64,000 bases of DNA from NCBI GenBank assembly GCA_963777155.1, contig CAVZPM010000035.1:1-64000 (forward strand), written 5' to 3'. The notes under the pieces were generated by a model, which did no database searches, was not told the DNA's origin, and worked only from the letters and a program-made list of their open reading frames with translations. Source of the stretch: Candidatus Bathyarchaeota archaeon. GTDB lineage: Archaea; Thermoproteota; Bathyarchaeia; Bathyarchaeales; Bathycorpusculaceae. A program made the translations under genes and the position numbers. Shown here in pieces: positions 29,171 through 42,493 of the stretch (positions are counted from its first letter, which is position 1; each line of letters starts with the position of its first letter).

Positions 29171-30064
29171 TTATTCTGGCGAACGTAACTCAATCTTTAT
29201 TTTGCCTTTAGCACCAAGGCCTTCGAGGGCACGCTCAATCTCCTCATTAGAGGTCTTCAGCTCAACGCTACATCGACCCAAATCTATCTCGCCGTTAGTT
29301 TTACGAACATACTCTAATAGCACATCTTCCAACGCTGGCTTCTCAACTTTAAGAGAAAACTCTTTAACCTCAGATTTCCGATAGGAAAACAGAGTCTTCT
29401 CAGGGTCAAAGCCAGATTCCTCCACAGTCTTCTTTGAGAAAACCTGCGAAGAACTCGCTGTTAGGGCAACAAGCTCTCTTATGGGAGTTTTCTCCTTTAC
29501 CGGTGCTGCTACTGGCGGCTCCGGAAGGGTTTCAGCGAGCTTCTGCTCCATGAAGCAGGAGACTTCCTTAAGGATTTCCTCACCAGCCTCCGTCTTCTTG
29601 CCGACCCCAATAACATTCTCGTCGGCGGTAAGTTTAGTGGCGTGAAGAGTATCCTGGATGGTTTGGTTAACGGTATTAAGCTCAGAGCTAACGTCAGGCA
29701 ACACCTGAAATAGCTCTTGTGAAACGCCCTGAAGCAACCGCAAAGCCGGTTTTAGGTCAGCAACGATGTCGCCGAGTTCCTTAATAGTTTCAAGGCGCAG
29801 AACCACACGTTCAATGGCTAATTGAACGTTGTAGAGGAACTTTACAAGTTTTCGGACTTCCGCAATCTCAGTGGCGCACATTGCGGCTTTTTCTTTATTG
29901 TTCTTTTTTAATGCGAACATGCAGGTTTCAAAAAGAACACGGTCCCGCTCTTTTAAGCGGAAACTTGCCTGCTCCAACTTGTTCTGCTGGACTCTGAGGG
30001 TACAAATAGATTTTGTGGCGACTTCACGTATAGGTGGAGGGGTTTGATTAGTTAGACTTTTAAT
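29171..30064 (-). CDS. cdvB: ESCRT-III/Snf7 protein with MIM2-like motif and C-terminal winged helix
   Basis: EIAEVRK..ERVVLRLETIKELGD; LPEPP; wHTH tail; frame open to ATT at 30064 after GGAGG. Confidence 0.88.
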   Translation of the reverse strand: MKSLTNQTPPPIREVATKSICTLRVQQNKLEQASFRLKERDRVLFETCMFALKKNNKEKAAMCATEIAEVRKLVKFLYNVQLAIERVVLRLETIKELGDIVADLKPALRLLQGVSQELFQVLPDVSSELNTVNQTIQDTLHATKLTADENVIGVGKKTEAGEEILKEVSCFMEQKLAETLPEPPVAAPVKEKTPIRELVALTASSSQVFSKKTVEESGFDPEKTLFSYRKSEVKEFSLKVEKPALEDVLLEYVRKTNGEIDLGRCSVELKTSNEEIERALEGLGAKGKIKIELRSPE

Positions 30065-30106
30065 TCTTTAGCCCTCCAACCCTTTCGTTTTTCAGTCTTT
30101 AGCTTG

Positions 30107-30826
30107 TTATAGTCCAGCTTTTCCTATTTCTTTAACGTAGACAACCACTGGTGGCTCAGGAAGCTTCGTTGCTGCATTGGTTACTGTTTCAGCGTACATT
30201 TTATTGGATTTCTGAAGGTTTGATGATTGGTCGCCTAATAGAACACTTGAGAGCTTGCTTTTGGTGAGCTCGTAGTCTGTTTTTTCTGTGGTTGCACGTC
30301 TTAGAGTATCCTGAAGTAGTGCAAAAGCCATCTTGTAATTTTCTTCATCGACTTTTCCGATTTCATGCTCGATTTCCAAGTTTGCGATGGCATAGCTTAA
30401 CGAGGTTATTTCATCTTGGCAACGTTCGATTTCTATGCCGGATTCGTCAATGATTACTTGAGCATCCTTTTTGAGTTGCGCCAACACGTTTGTGAAGCTG
30501 TTATGGAGATCCTGGTAGACTTCAGAGGTAATTTTCTTCTTGTCTACAAGGTCTTTTAAGGCTTCATCTTTGCGCCAGATTAAGGGTATGTGGTCGCAAA
30601 GGATGCTTGCTTGGTTTTTGATTTTGGAAATGAATGTGATTTCGGCGCCATTAAACCGTAAGCTTTCCATGGGCTGTTTGGTGAATTGACCATCGCCAAA
30701 TTCTACGTAAACTGCGTCGAATTTTCCGTTAGGAGTTAATGCGAAAGAGGCAACTTTGCCGATTACTCGTCCATATTCATTCTTTATTGGTTTGCCAATA
30801 GAAAGAAAAAGATTGGAGTTAGACAT
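30107..30826 (-). CDS. cdvA: CdvA-like protein (PRC-barrel plus coiled coil)
   Basis: IGKPIKNEYGRVIGKV; C-terminal PPVVVYVK strand; lies between ESCRT-III genes. Confidence 0.85.
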   Translation of the reverse strand: MSNSNLFLSIGKPIKNEYGRVIGKVASFALTPNGKFDAVYVEFGDGQFTKQPMESLRFNGAEITFISKIKNQASILCDHIPLIWRKDEALKDLVDKKKITSEVYQDLHNSFTNVLAQLKKDAQVIIDESGIEIERCQDEITSLSYAIANLEIEHEIGKVDEENYKMAFALLQDTLRRATTEKTDYELTKSKLSSVLLGDQSSNLQKSNKMYAETVTNAATKLPEPPVVVYVKEIGKAGL

Positions 30827-30844
30827 TTTGTGTTTTCTCCTTTC

Positions 30845-31504
30845 TTAGAACGTTGTTTTTTCTGCTTGAGAAGCTGGGGATGATGGCATTCCTGGGGGCA
30901 GATCTGGGAACTTGTCTTTTATCTTTTGCTCTGCAACTGTTGCGGCTTCGGTGAGAATCTTTGATGCATCTTCGTTAACTGTGTCGAAGTTTAGTGTCAT
31001 TCCGCTTCCTTGGCCTGCTTCAATCATGATTCCGCTTAGCATGTTGCCGATTTCGCCTAGTTCACTTTCTGCTTCTGGGAACACGCTTACTAAGCCTGCT
31101 TTGACTGAACGTAGAACACCTACGGCTGGTCCGAGAGTTGATACAACATCACCTAGTTCGGAAACTGTTCGTAATCTTAATGTGATTTGCTCGAGAGCAA
31201 GTTTAGCGTTCATAATTAACTTTGACATTTTCCTGACTTCAGCTAGCTCGTTTGCGAAGACGTTTGCTCGTGCGCTGTCATGTTTTGTATAAGCGTCAAC
31301 TATTCTTGCAAAAATTGCTTTGTCTCTTTGGCCGAATCTGTCGGTTGCTTGGTCAAGCTTCTGTACTTGAAGCTCGATGCGTCTGACTGCGAAATCTAAT
31401 CGTGGTTTTAGTGGTCCTGGTGGTTTAACTGCGTCTTTAATGCGGTTTGCGAATGGCTCATCTTCCCGTTTACTTTCCCACTTTTTAGCGAATCTTTCTG
31501 ACAA
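30845..31504 (-). CDS. ESCRT-III/Snf7 paralog (CdvB1/2-like, no wHTH)
   Basis: ANELAEVRKM..LEQITLRLRTVSELGD..EDASKILTEA..KFPDLP. Confidence 0.92.
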   Translation of the reverse strand: MSERFAKKWESKREDEPFANRIKDAVKPPGPLKPRLDFAVRRIELQVQKLDQATDRFGQRDKAIFARIVDAYTKHDSARANVFANELAEVRKMSKLIMNAKLALEQITLRLRTVSELGDVVSTLGPAVGVLRSVKAGLVSVFPEAESELGEIGNMLSGIMIEAGQGSGMTLNFDTVNEDASKILTEAATVAEQKIKDKFPDLPPGMPSSPASQAEKTTF

Positions 31505-31570
31505 TTTGATTACCTCTGCAAGCCTAACATGCAGAAATTAATCTTATACATTGTTAATATGGTGGAAATA

Positions 31571-31588
31571 TGTACGTATATATGTACA
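31571..31588. promoter_or_regulatory. Palindromic candidate operator upstream of the cdv operon
   Basis: TGTACGTATATATGTACA, 16/18 self-complementary. Confidence 0.4.
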
Positions 31589-31730
31589 GATATACATGAT
31601 GGGAAAAACGGCTTAGCCCTTTAACTAGAAGAGTTAAACATAGTGTTGGTGCTGATGTGTTTATACAGAAACGTGTAAGTTAGACTAAAAAGATGCGCTA
31701 ACTAACTGCTAAAATAAAAAGGTGAATTGA

Positions 31731-31955
31731 ATGAACAGCAGATTAAAAGTATTCGGTTTAATAGCTCTTTTAGGCTTCGTAGCGGGTGTCATTGCACAGG
31801 TGACAGCAACATATCTTATTCCGTGGTTAGTCGTAGTTTTGCCATCGCTAGCCGGTTTAACAAGCTTCATGGTTGCAGGATTTGCAGGAGCAGTCCTGAC
31901 CGTTGCAATCGTCGGCGCTTGGGCATACATGACCAGCAAAAAAGAGCCATACTAA
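31731..31955 (+). CDS. Small two-TM membrane protein
   Basis: Two hydrophobic Gly/Ala-rich segments; AGGTGA SD. Confidence 0.7.
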   Translation: MNSRLKVFGLIALLGFVAGVIAQVTATYLIPWLVVVLPSLAGLTSFMVAGFAGAVLTVAIVGAWAYMTSKKEPY

Positions 31956-32772
31956 AAAGAGCTATTCCCACCCTTTCTTTATCCTCAACACAATATAGCC
32001 TTTCCTAATTTTTTAATTTAAATCCATTCTAAATTTTGTTCTATTACCACTGGTTTTCACCAAATTAGTGTCGATAAATAAAGCCGTACCAACTTTGAAA
32101 ATCAAGATTTTTTGATATAGCCTTATTTGGGTGTCTGGACCTGATGTCTATAAGACTTCTTTTAGTCTTATTTTGAAAGAAGAAGAAATCGTTTGTGCAA
32201 GCACCTTCTTCTTCTTTTTAGTTAGAATGTTGGTCTTGAGTTCGATTGTGATCTTTCTGTATTGGTTCTAAAGGGATCGAGAGCACTATACAGGGATCTA
32301 AAACAAGAAAGTCTTATTTGTGGACTCAATAGCGGAAAAAGTATTCACAAGCTTCCAGCATTATTTACCCGCCTTCAGCTTCATCGTACCTCGATTCTTC
32401 TTCATCGTCTCGATTTTCTCAAATTATTGGAAACTGCAAATTTCAATGTTTTGGTATTGGCGACCATAAAATTTTATTGATTCGCGCTCATTAGAATTAT
32501 ATTTTCTAAAGGAAAAAGTAGTTTTAACCGGCAATTTTAAAGAATTGGAGATTTGACTGTTTTAAGCGTGGGCTTCAGAGTTAAAATGTATTATTTTCAG
32601 ATGTCTACTAAAATTTCTGTAAAGGAATATTAACCAGAAATCTACGTTTTTTAGGGTGAATTTTTTGGCTTTAATTTTGAATCCAAGTTTGTTATATAAT
32701 GGTCTTCGGCTTCCTGTGTTCAATCGTGTATTTTATCTAAGTTAGTGAGACTTAATCTTTAAATTGGTCTAA

Positions 32773-34977
<2,205 letters not shown>

Positions 34978-35244
34978 TCCTTAGTCAAGAAATAGCTAAA
35001 CCCGATCGCCTTTTTTCACTTTTCCTTATTACTCAGTAACTAGAATTGTTGACCTCAAAACAATTGTTTTTATTTTGGGTACTTTTGCCAAACATCACGA
35101 GACACATATCTTCAAGCATTTAGAAATCTCCAAGTTAGTCCAAGTTTGACTGATTGAAGATAGTAGATAAATACGCGATTATCCTAATCTGTGAAACAAC
35201 AAGCTTCCGATTTGTCGAAGAAGCAGTTTGCCTTGGTGTCATAG

Positions 35245-36459
35245 ATGAAGTATGTACTCATTATCGGAGACGGAATGTCTGATTACCCAATTCCAGAATT
35301 AGGTAATAAAACCCCGCTCCAATTCGCCTATAAACCCCATATGGATGCTATAGCCGCGCGAGGTAAAAGCGGTTTAATCAAAAACGTACCCGATCAAATG
35401 ACGCCGGGATCTGAAGTTGCAATCTGCTCGATACTAGGGTATGATCCTAAAATCTACTGTACAGGCAGGGGGCCATTAGAAGCTCCATCAAGAGGTATAA
35501 AACTAGGCGAAAATGACACAGCCTATAGATGCAATTTAATAACCGAGAAAGACGACACGATCGCTGATTATTCGGCTGGGCACATAACCACTGAAGAAGC
35601 AGCACAGCTTATCGCGGCTATGAAAGAAGCATTTGACAAAGCCAACCAAATCGAGTTTTATGCTGGATTAGACTATCGGCACTTTTTGATTCTACGCAAC
35701 TTTCCAAACCCAGAACAGATCCTGTGTACTCCACCCCATGATGCAATAGACATAAGAGTTGAGAAGGTTTTGCCTAAATCCAAGTCGCCAAAGGCGGAAA
35801 AACAAGCTCAACTCCTAAGAAGCTTAATTGAAGGATCCAGAAGAATTCTGCGTTGTCATCCTGTCAACATTTCACGTGAAAAAGCTGGAAAGAACCCCGG
35901 CAATTTAATTTGGCTGTGGGGAGGAGGAAAAAAGCCAGCTATGCCAACCTTAAAAGAAAAGTTTGGGATAAATGGAGCTGTCATTTCCGCTGTTGACTTG
36001 GTAAAGGGAATTGGGAGCTATGCGGGTATGCAAATTATCAATGTTCCCGGTGCAACTGGGTTGGCAAATACCAATTATGAAGGCAAAGCAGACGCCGCCA
36101 TAAAGGCTCTTGAAAGCAACGATTTCGTATGTGTCCATGTTGAGGCACCCGATGAAGCAGGTCACTGTAAAGATTACAAGTTGAAGGTGAAAACCATCGA
36201 GGATCTCGACAAAAGACTACTCGGCAGACTCATAAAAGGTCTGAAAGAACCCTATGCAATAGCTATCTTACCTGACCATCCAACACCGATAAGCATAGGT
36301 ACGCATTCACGGGACTTGGTGCCCTTTGCCATTGCTTCACCGAAAATAAAACCTGACGGTGTCAAAGCGTTTGATGAATCTTCCGCAAGCAGAGGCGCCT
36401 TTGGTTGTGTCGAGAAGGAATACTTGATTTCGCTTCTGTTTGCTTCAGGCAACCCCTAA
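35245..36459 (+). CDS. apgM: Cofactor-independent phosphoglycerate mutase (archaeal type)
   Basis: GDGMSD, PGSEVA, GRGPLEA, HVEAPDEAGH, PDHPTP, HSRDLVP. Confidence 0.93.
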   Translation: MKYVLIIGDGMSDYPIPELGNKTPLQFAYKPHMDAIAARGKSGLIKNVPDQMTPGSEVAICSILGYDPKIYCTGRGPLEAPSRGIKLGENDTAYRCNLITEKDDTIADYSAGHITTEEAAQLIAAMKEAFDKANQIEFYAGLDYRHFLILRNFPNPEQILCTPPHDAIDIRVEKVLPKSKSPKAEKQAQLLRSLIEGSRRILRCHPVNISREKAGKNPGNLIWLWGGGKKPAMPTLKEKFGINGAVISAVDLVKGIGSYAGMQIINVPGATGLANTNYEGKADAAIKALESNDFVCVHVEAPDEAGHCKDYKLKVKTIEDLDKRLLGRLIKGLKEPYAIAILPDHPTPISIGTHSRDLVPFAIASPKIKPDGVKAFDESSASRGAFGCVEKEYLISLLFASGNP

Positions 36460-36719
36460 GTTGGCGTGGGTTCCTGTTCTGCGTCGAATGTCTTTTATGC
36501 GCCAGGCATCGACTAAAAGTTTTTTTGGCTAAGGTGAGGTCTCTTTCTCCCATGAGTTTCACGAATTTGTTGCTGCGTTTGTTGAGATGTGTAAGTAGCG
36601 CGGTAGGACACAGACAAAGTTTAGTGGGTAACGTTTGCTTTTATCCAAATTGATTACAATAGTTGTATATGGTTGATTTGTTGGTATGGGTTTCTTATTG
36701 CGCCTATTTTTAGGTTCAT
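36460..36719 (-). pseudogene. Possible decayed or multiply frameshifted small gene
   Basis: ATG at 36719; protein-like pieces in changing frames (INLDKSKRYPLNFVCVLP; NKFVKLMGERDLTLAKK; LLVDAWRI). Confidence 0.35.
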
Positions 36720-36780
36720 TTCTCAATCCCTAACCAAACAAAAGACAAAACCCAAAAAGACAATCGCCCAGTGACCTTGC

Positions 36781-37013
36781 ACAGAAAACACTCGCCGCTA
36801 CAACCGAAAGAAGGCCTAAACAGGAACAATAGGCTGACTTGTTGACTTTTTATTCCCAAAATAGGTCCGTCAACAACTACCAACATCGAAAAAAGCTGGT
36901 TACTTCAACAACAACCAAACAAACCCCAAACCACAATGCAAACCAGAAATAAACCTTAGAAACCGACCAGAAAAAGTGCTTGTGCACACAGGACAAAACA
37001 ACAACAACCAAAA
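36781..37013. repeat. Dispersed non-coding repeat, copy B
   Basis: Homologous to 3862-4135, same orientation. Confidence 0.65.
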
Positions 37014-37151
37014 AGAAACAGAAAAATAAATGCCATAAAAAATTTTTGTGTGGGATTCATGAATTAGATAACTATAAAAAAAAGGCAAATTCGTCTTGTT
37101 CGAGCTAAAGGGTTAAAGCAAACATTCCGTGGTAAATTATAAGAAAAGAAA

Positions 37152-40043
37152 ATGCAAGTTGAAGGCTCAAGCTCTGTTTTCGAATTACTCGCAAAACCAG
37201 TCCGTAAAGTCTTAGCAACGCTTGGGTTTTCTAAACCTACCCTGCCACAGACTTTGGCTTTTCCACCCATCTTGGAAGGCAAAAATGTACTTTTGATTGC
37301 CCCTACAGGAACTGGAAAAACTGAAGCTGTTCTGCTACCGATTTTCTCGAAGCTTATTGAGCAGAAAAACCGAGAGCAAAAGGGTATCCAAGTAATTTAC
37401 ATAACGCCTCTTAGGGCTTTAAATCGTGATATGTTTAAACGCTTAGCTTTTTGGAGCCAACAATTAGATGTAACTATTGAGGTCCGCCATGGCGATACAG
37501 AAATGAAGATTCGCCGCAAACAAGCCCTAAAACCGCCCCAAATTCTCGTTACTACACCCGAAACATTGCAGGCGATTTTGCCAGGTTTACTAATGCGTCG
37601 CCACCTCGGCAATGTGGAATACGTCATAATCGATGAAGTACATGACTTAGCGGAAAGCAAACGCGGCGCCCAATTAACCGTAGCGCTTGAACGGCTCGTT
37701 GAGGCAACTGGAAAAGAGTTCCAGCGAATCGGTTTATCCGCAACCGTTGGCAACCCCCAAGAAGTTGCACATTTCGTCGCGGGAACAAACCGGAAAATCA
37801 AAATTGTTCAAGCAGTTCTGGCCAAAAACTATCGTTACCGAGTGGAATACTTGACGCCAACCGAGAAAGACTATGAGTTAGCAGCGAAACTGGAAACTGC
37901 ACCTGAAGCAGCCGCGCGAATACGCCGTCTGATCGAACTAATCGACAGCCACAAATCAACGCTTGTTTTCGTGAACAGCCGCACCATCGCCGAGCTGCTT
38001 GGACACCGTTTCGACCAGCTTAACCGCCAAGACATCGCCGTCCACCATGGTTCACTCTCACGTGAAGAGCGAGTTGCAACAGAAGATGCCTTCAAAGCAG
38101 GGCAGCTAAAAGCAATCATCTGCACAAGCACTCTTGAACTAGGCATAGACATCGGCAACGTAGACTTAGTCATCCAGTACATGTCGCCTCGGCAAGTCAG
38201 CAGCCTTATCCAGCGTGTTGGCAGAAGCGGTCACAGCCAAGAACGACTCTCCGAAGGCATAATCGTAACAGCTTATCCAGACGACACTTTAGAGTCGATG
38301 GCGGCAGTCGCAAACGCCGAAGCCAACAAGATAGAACCAGTCCTATTCCACAAGAACGCCCTGGATGTTTTGGCGCATCAAATCGCAGGTGTCCTCATGG
38401 ACAAAGAAACCATCACCCAGAGTGAACTTTTGATACTTCTTCAGAGGGCTTATCCCTATAGTACCCTAACTGAGGAAAAACTCCAAGATGTTGTAGGCTT
38501 TCTTGAGAGCATCCACAAACTAAGAACCGAACAGGATGGAAAAACTTTGAAGAAAACCGGACGAACACGAGAATACTACTATAGCAACCTGTCCATGATT
38601 CCCGACGAGAAACGCTTTCCAGTAATCAACATAATCAGTGACAGAAAAATCGGCACTTTAGGCGACGAATTCATGACCCTGCACGCTCGTGTAGGTTTGC
38701 ATTTTGTTATGCGTGGAAAAGTCTGGCGTATAGTCCAAATCGAAGATGAAACAGGAACTGTGCATGTTTTGCCTGCGGAAGACCCTTATGCGGCAATTCC
38801 AGGTTGGGATGGAGAAATTCTGCCTGTACCCTTCGACTTAGCACAGCAAACGGGTGTGATGCGAGAAAAGGTCGGCAACTTGCTTAAAGAGGGCAAGAAG
38901 CCTGAGGCAGCAGCAGAAGAGTTAGCCATAGAAATGAATACAGATAAAGAAACGCTCCTTGATACTATTTTGGAGATTGATGAGCACCTAAAAGATGGAA
39001 ATCCTCTCCCTACTCAGAACCGAATAGTCATCGAAATCCTCGACCGCTACATCGTTGTTCACGCATGTTTTGGAGAATTGGTTAATCGCACGTTTGGCGG
39101 GATTTTTGATTCGGTTCTCTCGGAACGCGAAGCGATTACGGGCTGGTGGACTGACGGCTACAGAATCCTTATCGAGACCGCCCACAAACCAAACAAACAA
39201 GAAGTTGAAGCTTTGCCCAAGGAACTCTTCAGATTGTCGGATGAATGCGTAGACGAGGCTTTTCTTAACTATGTGAATTCCAAGTTCCCATTTGTATCCA
39301 GAATGAAAGCAATCGCAGAACGGTTTGGTGCCCTACCACGGGGAAAAACCTTAGCTCACTCTGATCGGGCAGAAAAACTGAAAGCTGCTTTTGAAGGTAC
39401 ACCCATATACGATGAGACGCTGCGAGAAGCCATGATGGATAAAGTGGACCTGCCACAAGTCAAACAGATATTACATGACATAAGCGAAGGAAAAATCACC
39501 GTTGTCACCGTGACCCGAGAAAAACCCTCACCGCTGGCGTACCACATTTTAGCTCAGTACGCCGACACCGCCGAACTCATGGCTCCTGAACGCCTACTAC
39601 TAACAAACATCGACCGAATGAAACACTCTATCGACGCTAGAACCGCCAAACTGCTCTGTATGAATTGCGGCGCATGGACAAAACAAATTCGCATAAAAGA
39701 CCTACCCGAGGAGCCTGAATGTGAAAATTGCCACTCACATCTCCTAGCGCTGCTGTATTTCAGCCAAGACGTAGATAAGTTAGTGAAGGATTTGAAGAAG
39801 CGCCGAGAAGGAAAAGAACTCACTCCTGAAGAACTAAAAGAGCTCAGCAATGCCAGACGGAAAGCCGACCTCATTTTGAGCTATGGGAAACAGGCGGTTC
39901 GCGCGTTGCAAGTAAAAGGGGTTGGTCCTGAGACAGCTTCAAGGATTTTAGGTAAGATGCATCCAGACGAAGACACGTTCTACATGGACTTACTCAAAGC
40001 TAAGGTTCAGTATTTGAGGACAAGAGAATTCTGGGATAAATAG
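37152..40043 (+). CDS. lhr: Lhr-family SF2 helicase with C-terminal Zn finger
   Basis: APTGTGKT, TPLRAL, DEVH, LSAT, HHGSL, LELGIDIG, QRVGRSGH; CxxC..CxxC. Confidence 0.93.
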   Translation: MQVEGSSSVFELLAKPVRKVLATLGFSKPTLPQTLAFPPILEGKNVLLIAPTGTGKTEAVLLPIFSKLIEQKNREQKGIQVIYITPLRALNRDMFKRLAFWSQQLDVTIEVRHGDTEMKIRRKQALKPPQILVTTPETLQAILPGLLMRRHLGNVEYVIIDEVHDLAESKRGAQLTVALERLVEATGKEFQRIGLSATVGNPQEVAHFVAGTNRKIKIVQAVLAKNYRYRVEYLTPTEKDYELAAKLETAPEAAARIRRLIELIDSHKSTLVFVNSRTIAELLGHRFDQLNRQDIAVHHGSLSREERVATEDAFKAGQLKAIICTSTLELGIDIGNVDLVIQYMSPRQVSSLIQRVGRSGHSQERLSEGIIVTAYPDDTLESMAAVANAEANKIEPVLFHKNALDVLAHQIAGVLMDKETITQSELLILLQRAYPYSTLTEEKLQDVVGFLESIHKLRTEQDGKTLKKTGRTREYYYSNLSMIPDEKRFPVINIISDRKIGTLGDEFMTLHARVGLHFVMRGKVWRIVQIEDETGTVHVLPAEDPYAAIPGWDGEILPVPFDLAQQTGVMREKVGNLLKEGKKPEAAAEELAIEMNTDKETLLDTILEIDEHLKDGNPLPTQNRIVIEILDRYIVVHACFGELVNRTFGGIFDSVLSEREAITGWWTDGYRILIETAHKPNKQEVEALPKELFRLSDECVDEAFLNYVNSKFPFVSRMKAIAERFGALPRGKTLAHSDRAEKLKAAFEGTPIYDETLREAMMDKVDLPQVKQILHDISEGKITVVTVTREKPSPLAYHILAQYADTAELMAPERLLLTNIDRMKHSIDARTAKLLCMNCGAWTKQIRIKDLPEEPECENCHSHLLALLYFSQDVDKLVKDLKKRREGKELTPEELKELSNARRKADLILSYGKQAVRALQVKGVGPETASRILGKMHPDEDTFYMDLLKAKVQYLRTREFWDK

Positions 40044-40095
40044 CGTGTGGCGCTTGCAAGGTTTTAATAGGAAATGCGATTGAGTTTGCTTAGCT

Positions 40096-41386
40096 GTGAT
40101 TCAAGTGGAAAAGGAGCAGAGAAAACTTAAGCGTTCAATCGGTTTGTGGAGCGCTGTCGCCATCAATGTAGGCGCCATCATAGGCGGGGGAATCTTCGTT
40201 GTCACTGGCATCGTGGCGGGATACGCGGGTTCAGCACTCTTAGTCTCCATGGTAATTGCTGGCGTCATCGCTTTCATCACCGCTTGGAGCTTTGCAAAGT
40301 TGACGGCTTGGCAACCCGTAGAAGGCGGCGTCTACGAATATGGACGTCAACTCGTTTCGCCTTACGCTGGGTTCGTAGCAGGTTGGATGTGGCTGGTAAT
40401 GAACACTTTTGGGGGGGCAGCAGTCTCATTGGGCTTCGCTTATTATTTAACCGCTATAATCCCCAGTCTACCAAGCAATATATCGATATTTTCTACAGCC
40501 TCCATAATCGCAGCCGTTCTCTGTTTCGGCTTTACAGCACTAAATTTAATCGGAGCAAAAGAATCAGCAAGCGTTAACAATGTCTTAGTCGTCGTCAAAC
40601 TGGCCATTCTATCGTTCTTTGTTGTCTTTGGCATTCTAAACTTCAATACCACCAACTTTGTCCCGTTTATTCCACTTTCCAGCGGCGTCCTGTATGGCAC
40701 ATTTTTCATCTTTTTCGCCTACGGCGGCTTCGCAAGAGTATCCGTGGTAGCCGAGGAAATTAAGGATGCAAATCGGAACGTACCGCGTGCGCTTTTGTTG
40801 TCGCTTGGGATTTCGGTTGTGGTTTACGTGTTAGTAGGGTTAATTGCAGTAGGTTTGGCAGGTCCCATAGCGCTGGCGAATTCCAGTTCACCCCTAAGTA
40901 CCGCTATGGGGGTTACGGGAAACACTTTAGCTGTCCAAGTAATTTCCTTAGGCGGCTTAGTGGCAACAGCTAGCGTTTTGTTAACAGCGATTTTGGGGGT
41001 TTCCCGAATGACCTACTCCATGGCACGTAGGGCGGACTTGCCTTCAGGTTTGGCGCAGGTTGCATGGCAGGTTTCTGACGCCATATAGAGCAATTATCTT
41101 AACGGGTGTTTTGATGGCGGCTCTGGTTTTGCTCGTGGATTTAACGCAGGTAGTGGCGATTAGCACTTTTGCGCTTGTCTTCAACTATTCAGTTACCAAC
41201 ATTGCCGCTTATAGACTAAAAAACGAGCCGTGGGCTGAAGAGAATCATTCCTCTGATGGGATTAGCAACGTGCATTTTGCTCTTAGGGTTTGTTTTGTTT
41301 GCTTCACCCCAAGCTTGGCTGATAGGTATTATTTTCTTGATTGCTGGAACCATTTACTATGTACTACAAAAAAAGTTTCAAAGTAA
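40096..41386 (+). CDS. APC-family amino acid permease (frameshifts near the 3' end)
   Basis: GAIIGGGIF, EGGVY, FFAYGGF..AEEIK, TPYRAI in a second frame. Confidence 0.85.
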
Positions 41387-41455
41387 CGCTAAAAAATAGG
41401 TTTAGTTTGCGATAAGAATTTTAAGGCTAAAATAACGTAGAGGTTAGGAAACACC

Positions 41456-42175
41456 ATGCCAATTAAAGCTGTCTTATTTGACATGTTCGATACCCTCATG
41501 CTCATAGAGAAAAACCATGAGTTCTATAGTCCATCCTTGATGAGGATGTACAATTACCTAAAAAGAAACGGCATAAATGTATCCTTTGAAAAGTTCGATA
41601 CGGCATACATTGAGGTACGTGACCGACTTTATGCTAAAGCAGATTTGAATTTTGAGGAACCACACTTTAACGTTCGTGTTTCAGAGACGCTGAAAAGTCT
41701 AGGCTACAGTTATGATGTTTCAAGTCCACTAGTAACTATAGCTACAGATGAGTTTTGTGCGGAATTCATGAAGTATGTCCGCATTGACCCGAACACCAAA
41801 TCAATGCTTGAGGAGTTGCATGGAAAATATAAACTTGGGATAGTTTCTAATTTCGCCATCCCTGAATGCGTGTTCAAACTGTTAAACGGTGACCATTTAG
41901 AGGAATGGTTTGATGTGATCGTGGTTTCTGGAGCAGTTAACAAACGCAAACCGAGCGCAGAGATTTTCCAAAACGCGTTGAAGGCTTTGAGTGTCTCTGC
42001 AGCTGAAACAGCTTTTGTTGGTGACACTATTGATGCTGATGTTGAAGGCTCTAAAGCTGCCGGAATGAAAGCTATATACATCGAGCGCCGAGAACAAAGA
42101 GCCTCCGAGAAGTATTGCCCTGACCAAACCATAAAGACTCTGAAAGAGTTGCCTTTGGCGCTTGAACGCTGTTAG
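41456..42175 (+). CDS. HAD-superfamily hydrolase
   Basis: FDMFDTL, VSN, RKP, VGD..D. Confidence 0.93.
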   Translation: MPIKAVLFDMFDTLMLIEKNHEFYSPSLMRMYNYLKRNGINVSFEKFDTAYIEVRDRLYAKADLNFEEPHFNVRVSETLKSLGYSYDVSSPLVTIATDEFCAEFMKYVRIDPNTKSMLEELHGKYKLGIVSNFAIPECVFKLLNGDHLEEWFDVIVVSGAVNKRKPSAEIFQNALKALSVSAAETAFVGDTIDADVEGSKAAGMKAIYIERREQRASEKYCPDQTIKTLKELPLALERC

Positions 42176-42493
42176 GTTTTCTTTACAATGTTCTGTGAAG
42201 ACAGAGCTGCTTTTTTGTTGCTTCCCGTTAGTTTCTAGCATTCGGATTAATTCTCTGTACTTTTGAAGAAAATTCAAGCCTTGTGTCGTAACTACGTATC
42301 CTTCTCTGCCATCAAAGACAGTTGGAGTAATCAGATTTTTTTCGAGCAATAAAGCCGTGTAATTGTTCAGTTGGGTGAAGCTTAAGTTGGCTTTGTACAT
42401 TATTTGGGTTTTTAAGGCAACTTCTCGAGTTATTTCCGTGATATCAGCCATTATGTAGAGTTTGTCTCTGCGTTTGTGTTTAGGGTGCGTTAT
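42176..42493 (-). CDS. Small archaeal winged-helix regulator (ArnR1-like); both ends uncertain
   Basis: KRRDKLYIMADI..ALKTQIMYKANLSFTQLNNY..YVVTTQGLNFL; track ORF runs on into the HAD gene. Confidence 0.75.

Noticed and set aside
32176-32217. 12-bp inverted repeat aaagaagaagaa/ttcttcttcttt
   Set aside because: Low-complexity GAA repeat, single occurrence, no associated gene or element
41897-42175. Long convergent overlap of the wHTH ORF with the HAD gene
   Set aside because: The overlapping tail is not protein-like; probably a lost stop or indel after the wHTH domain
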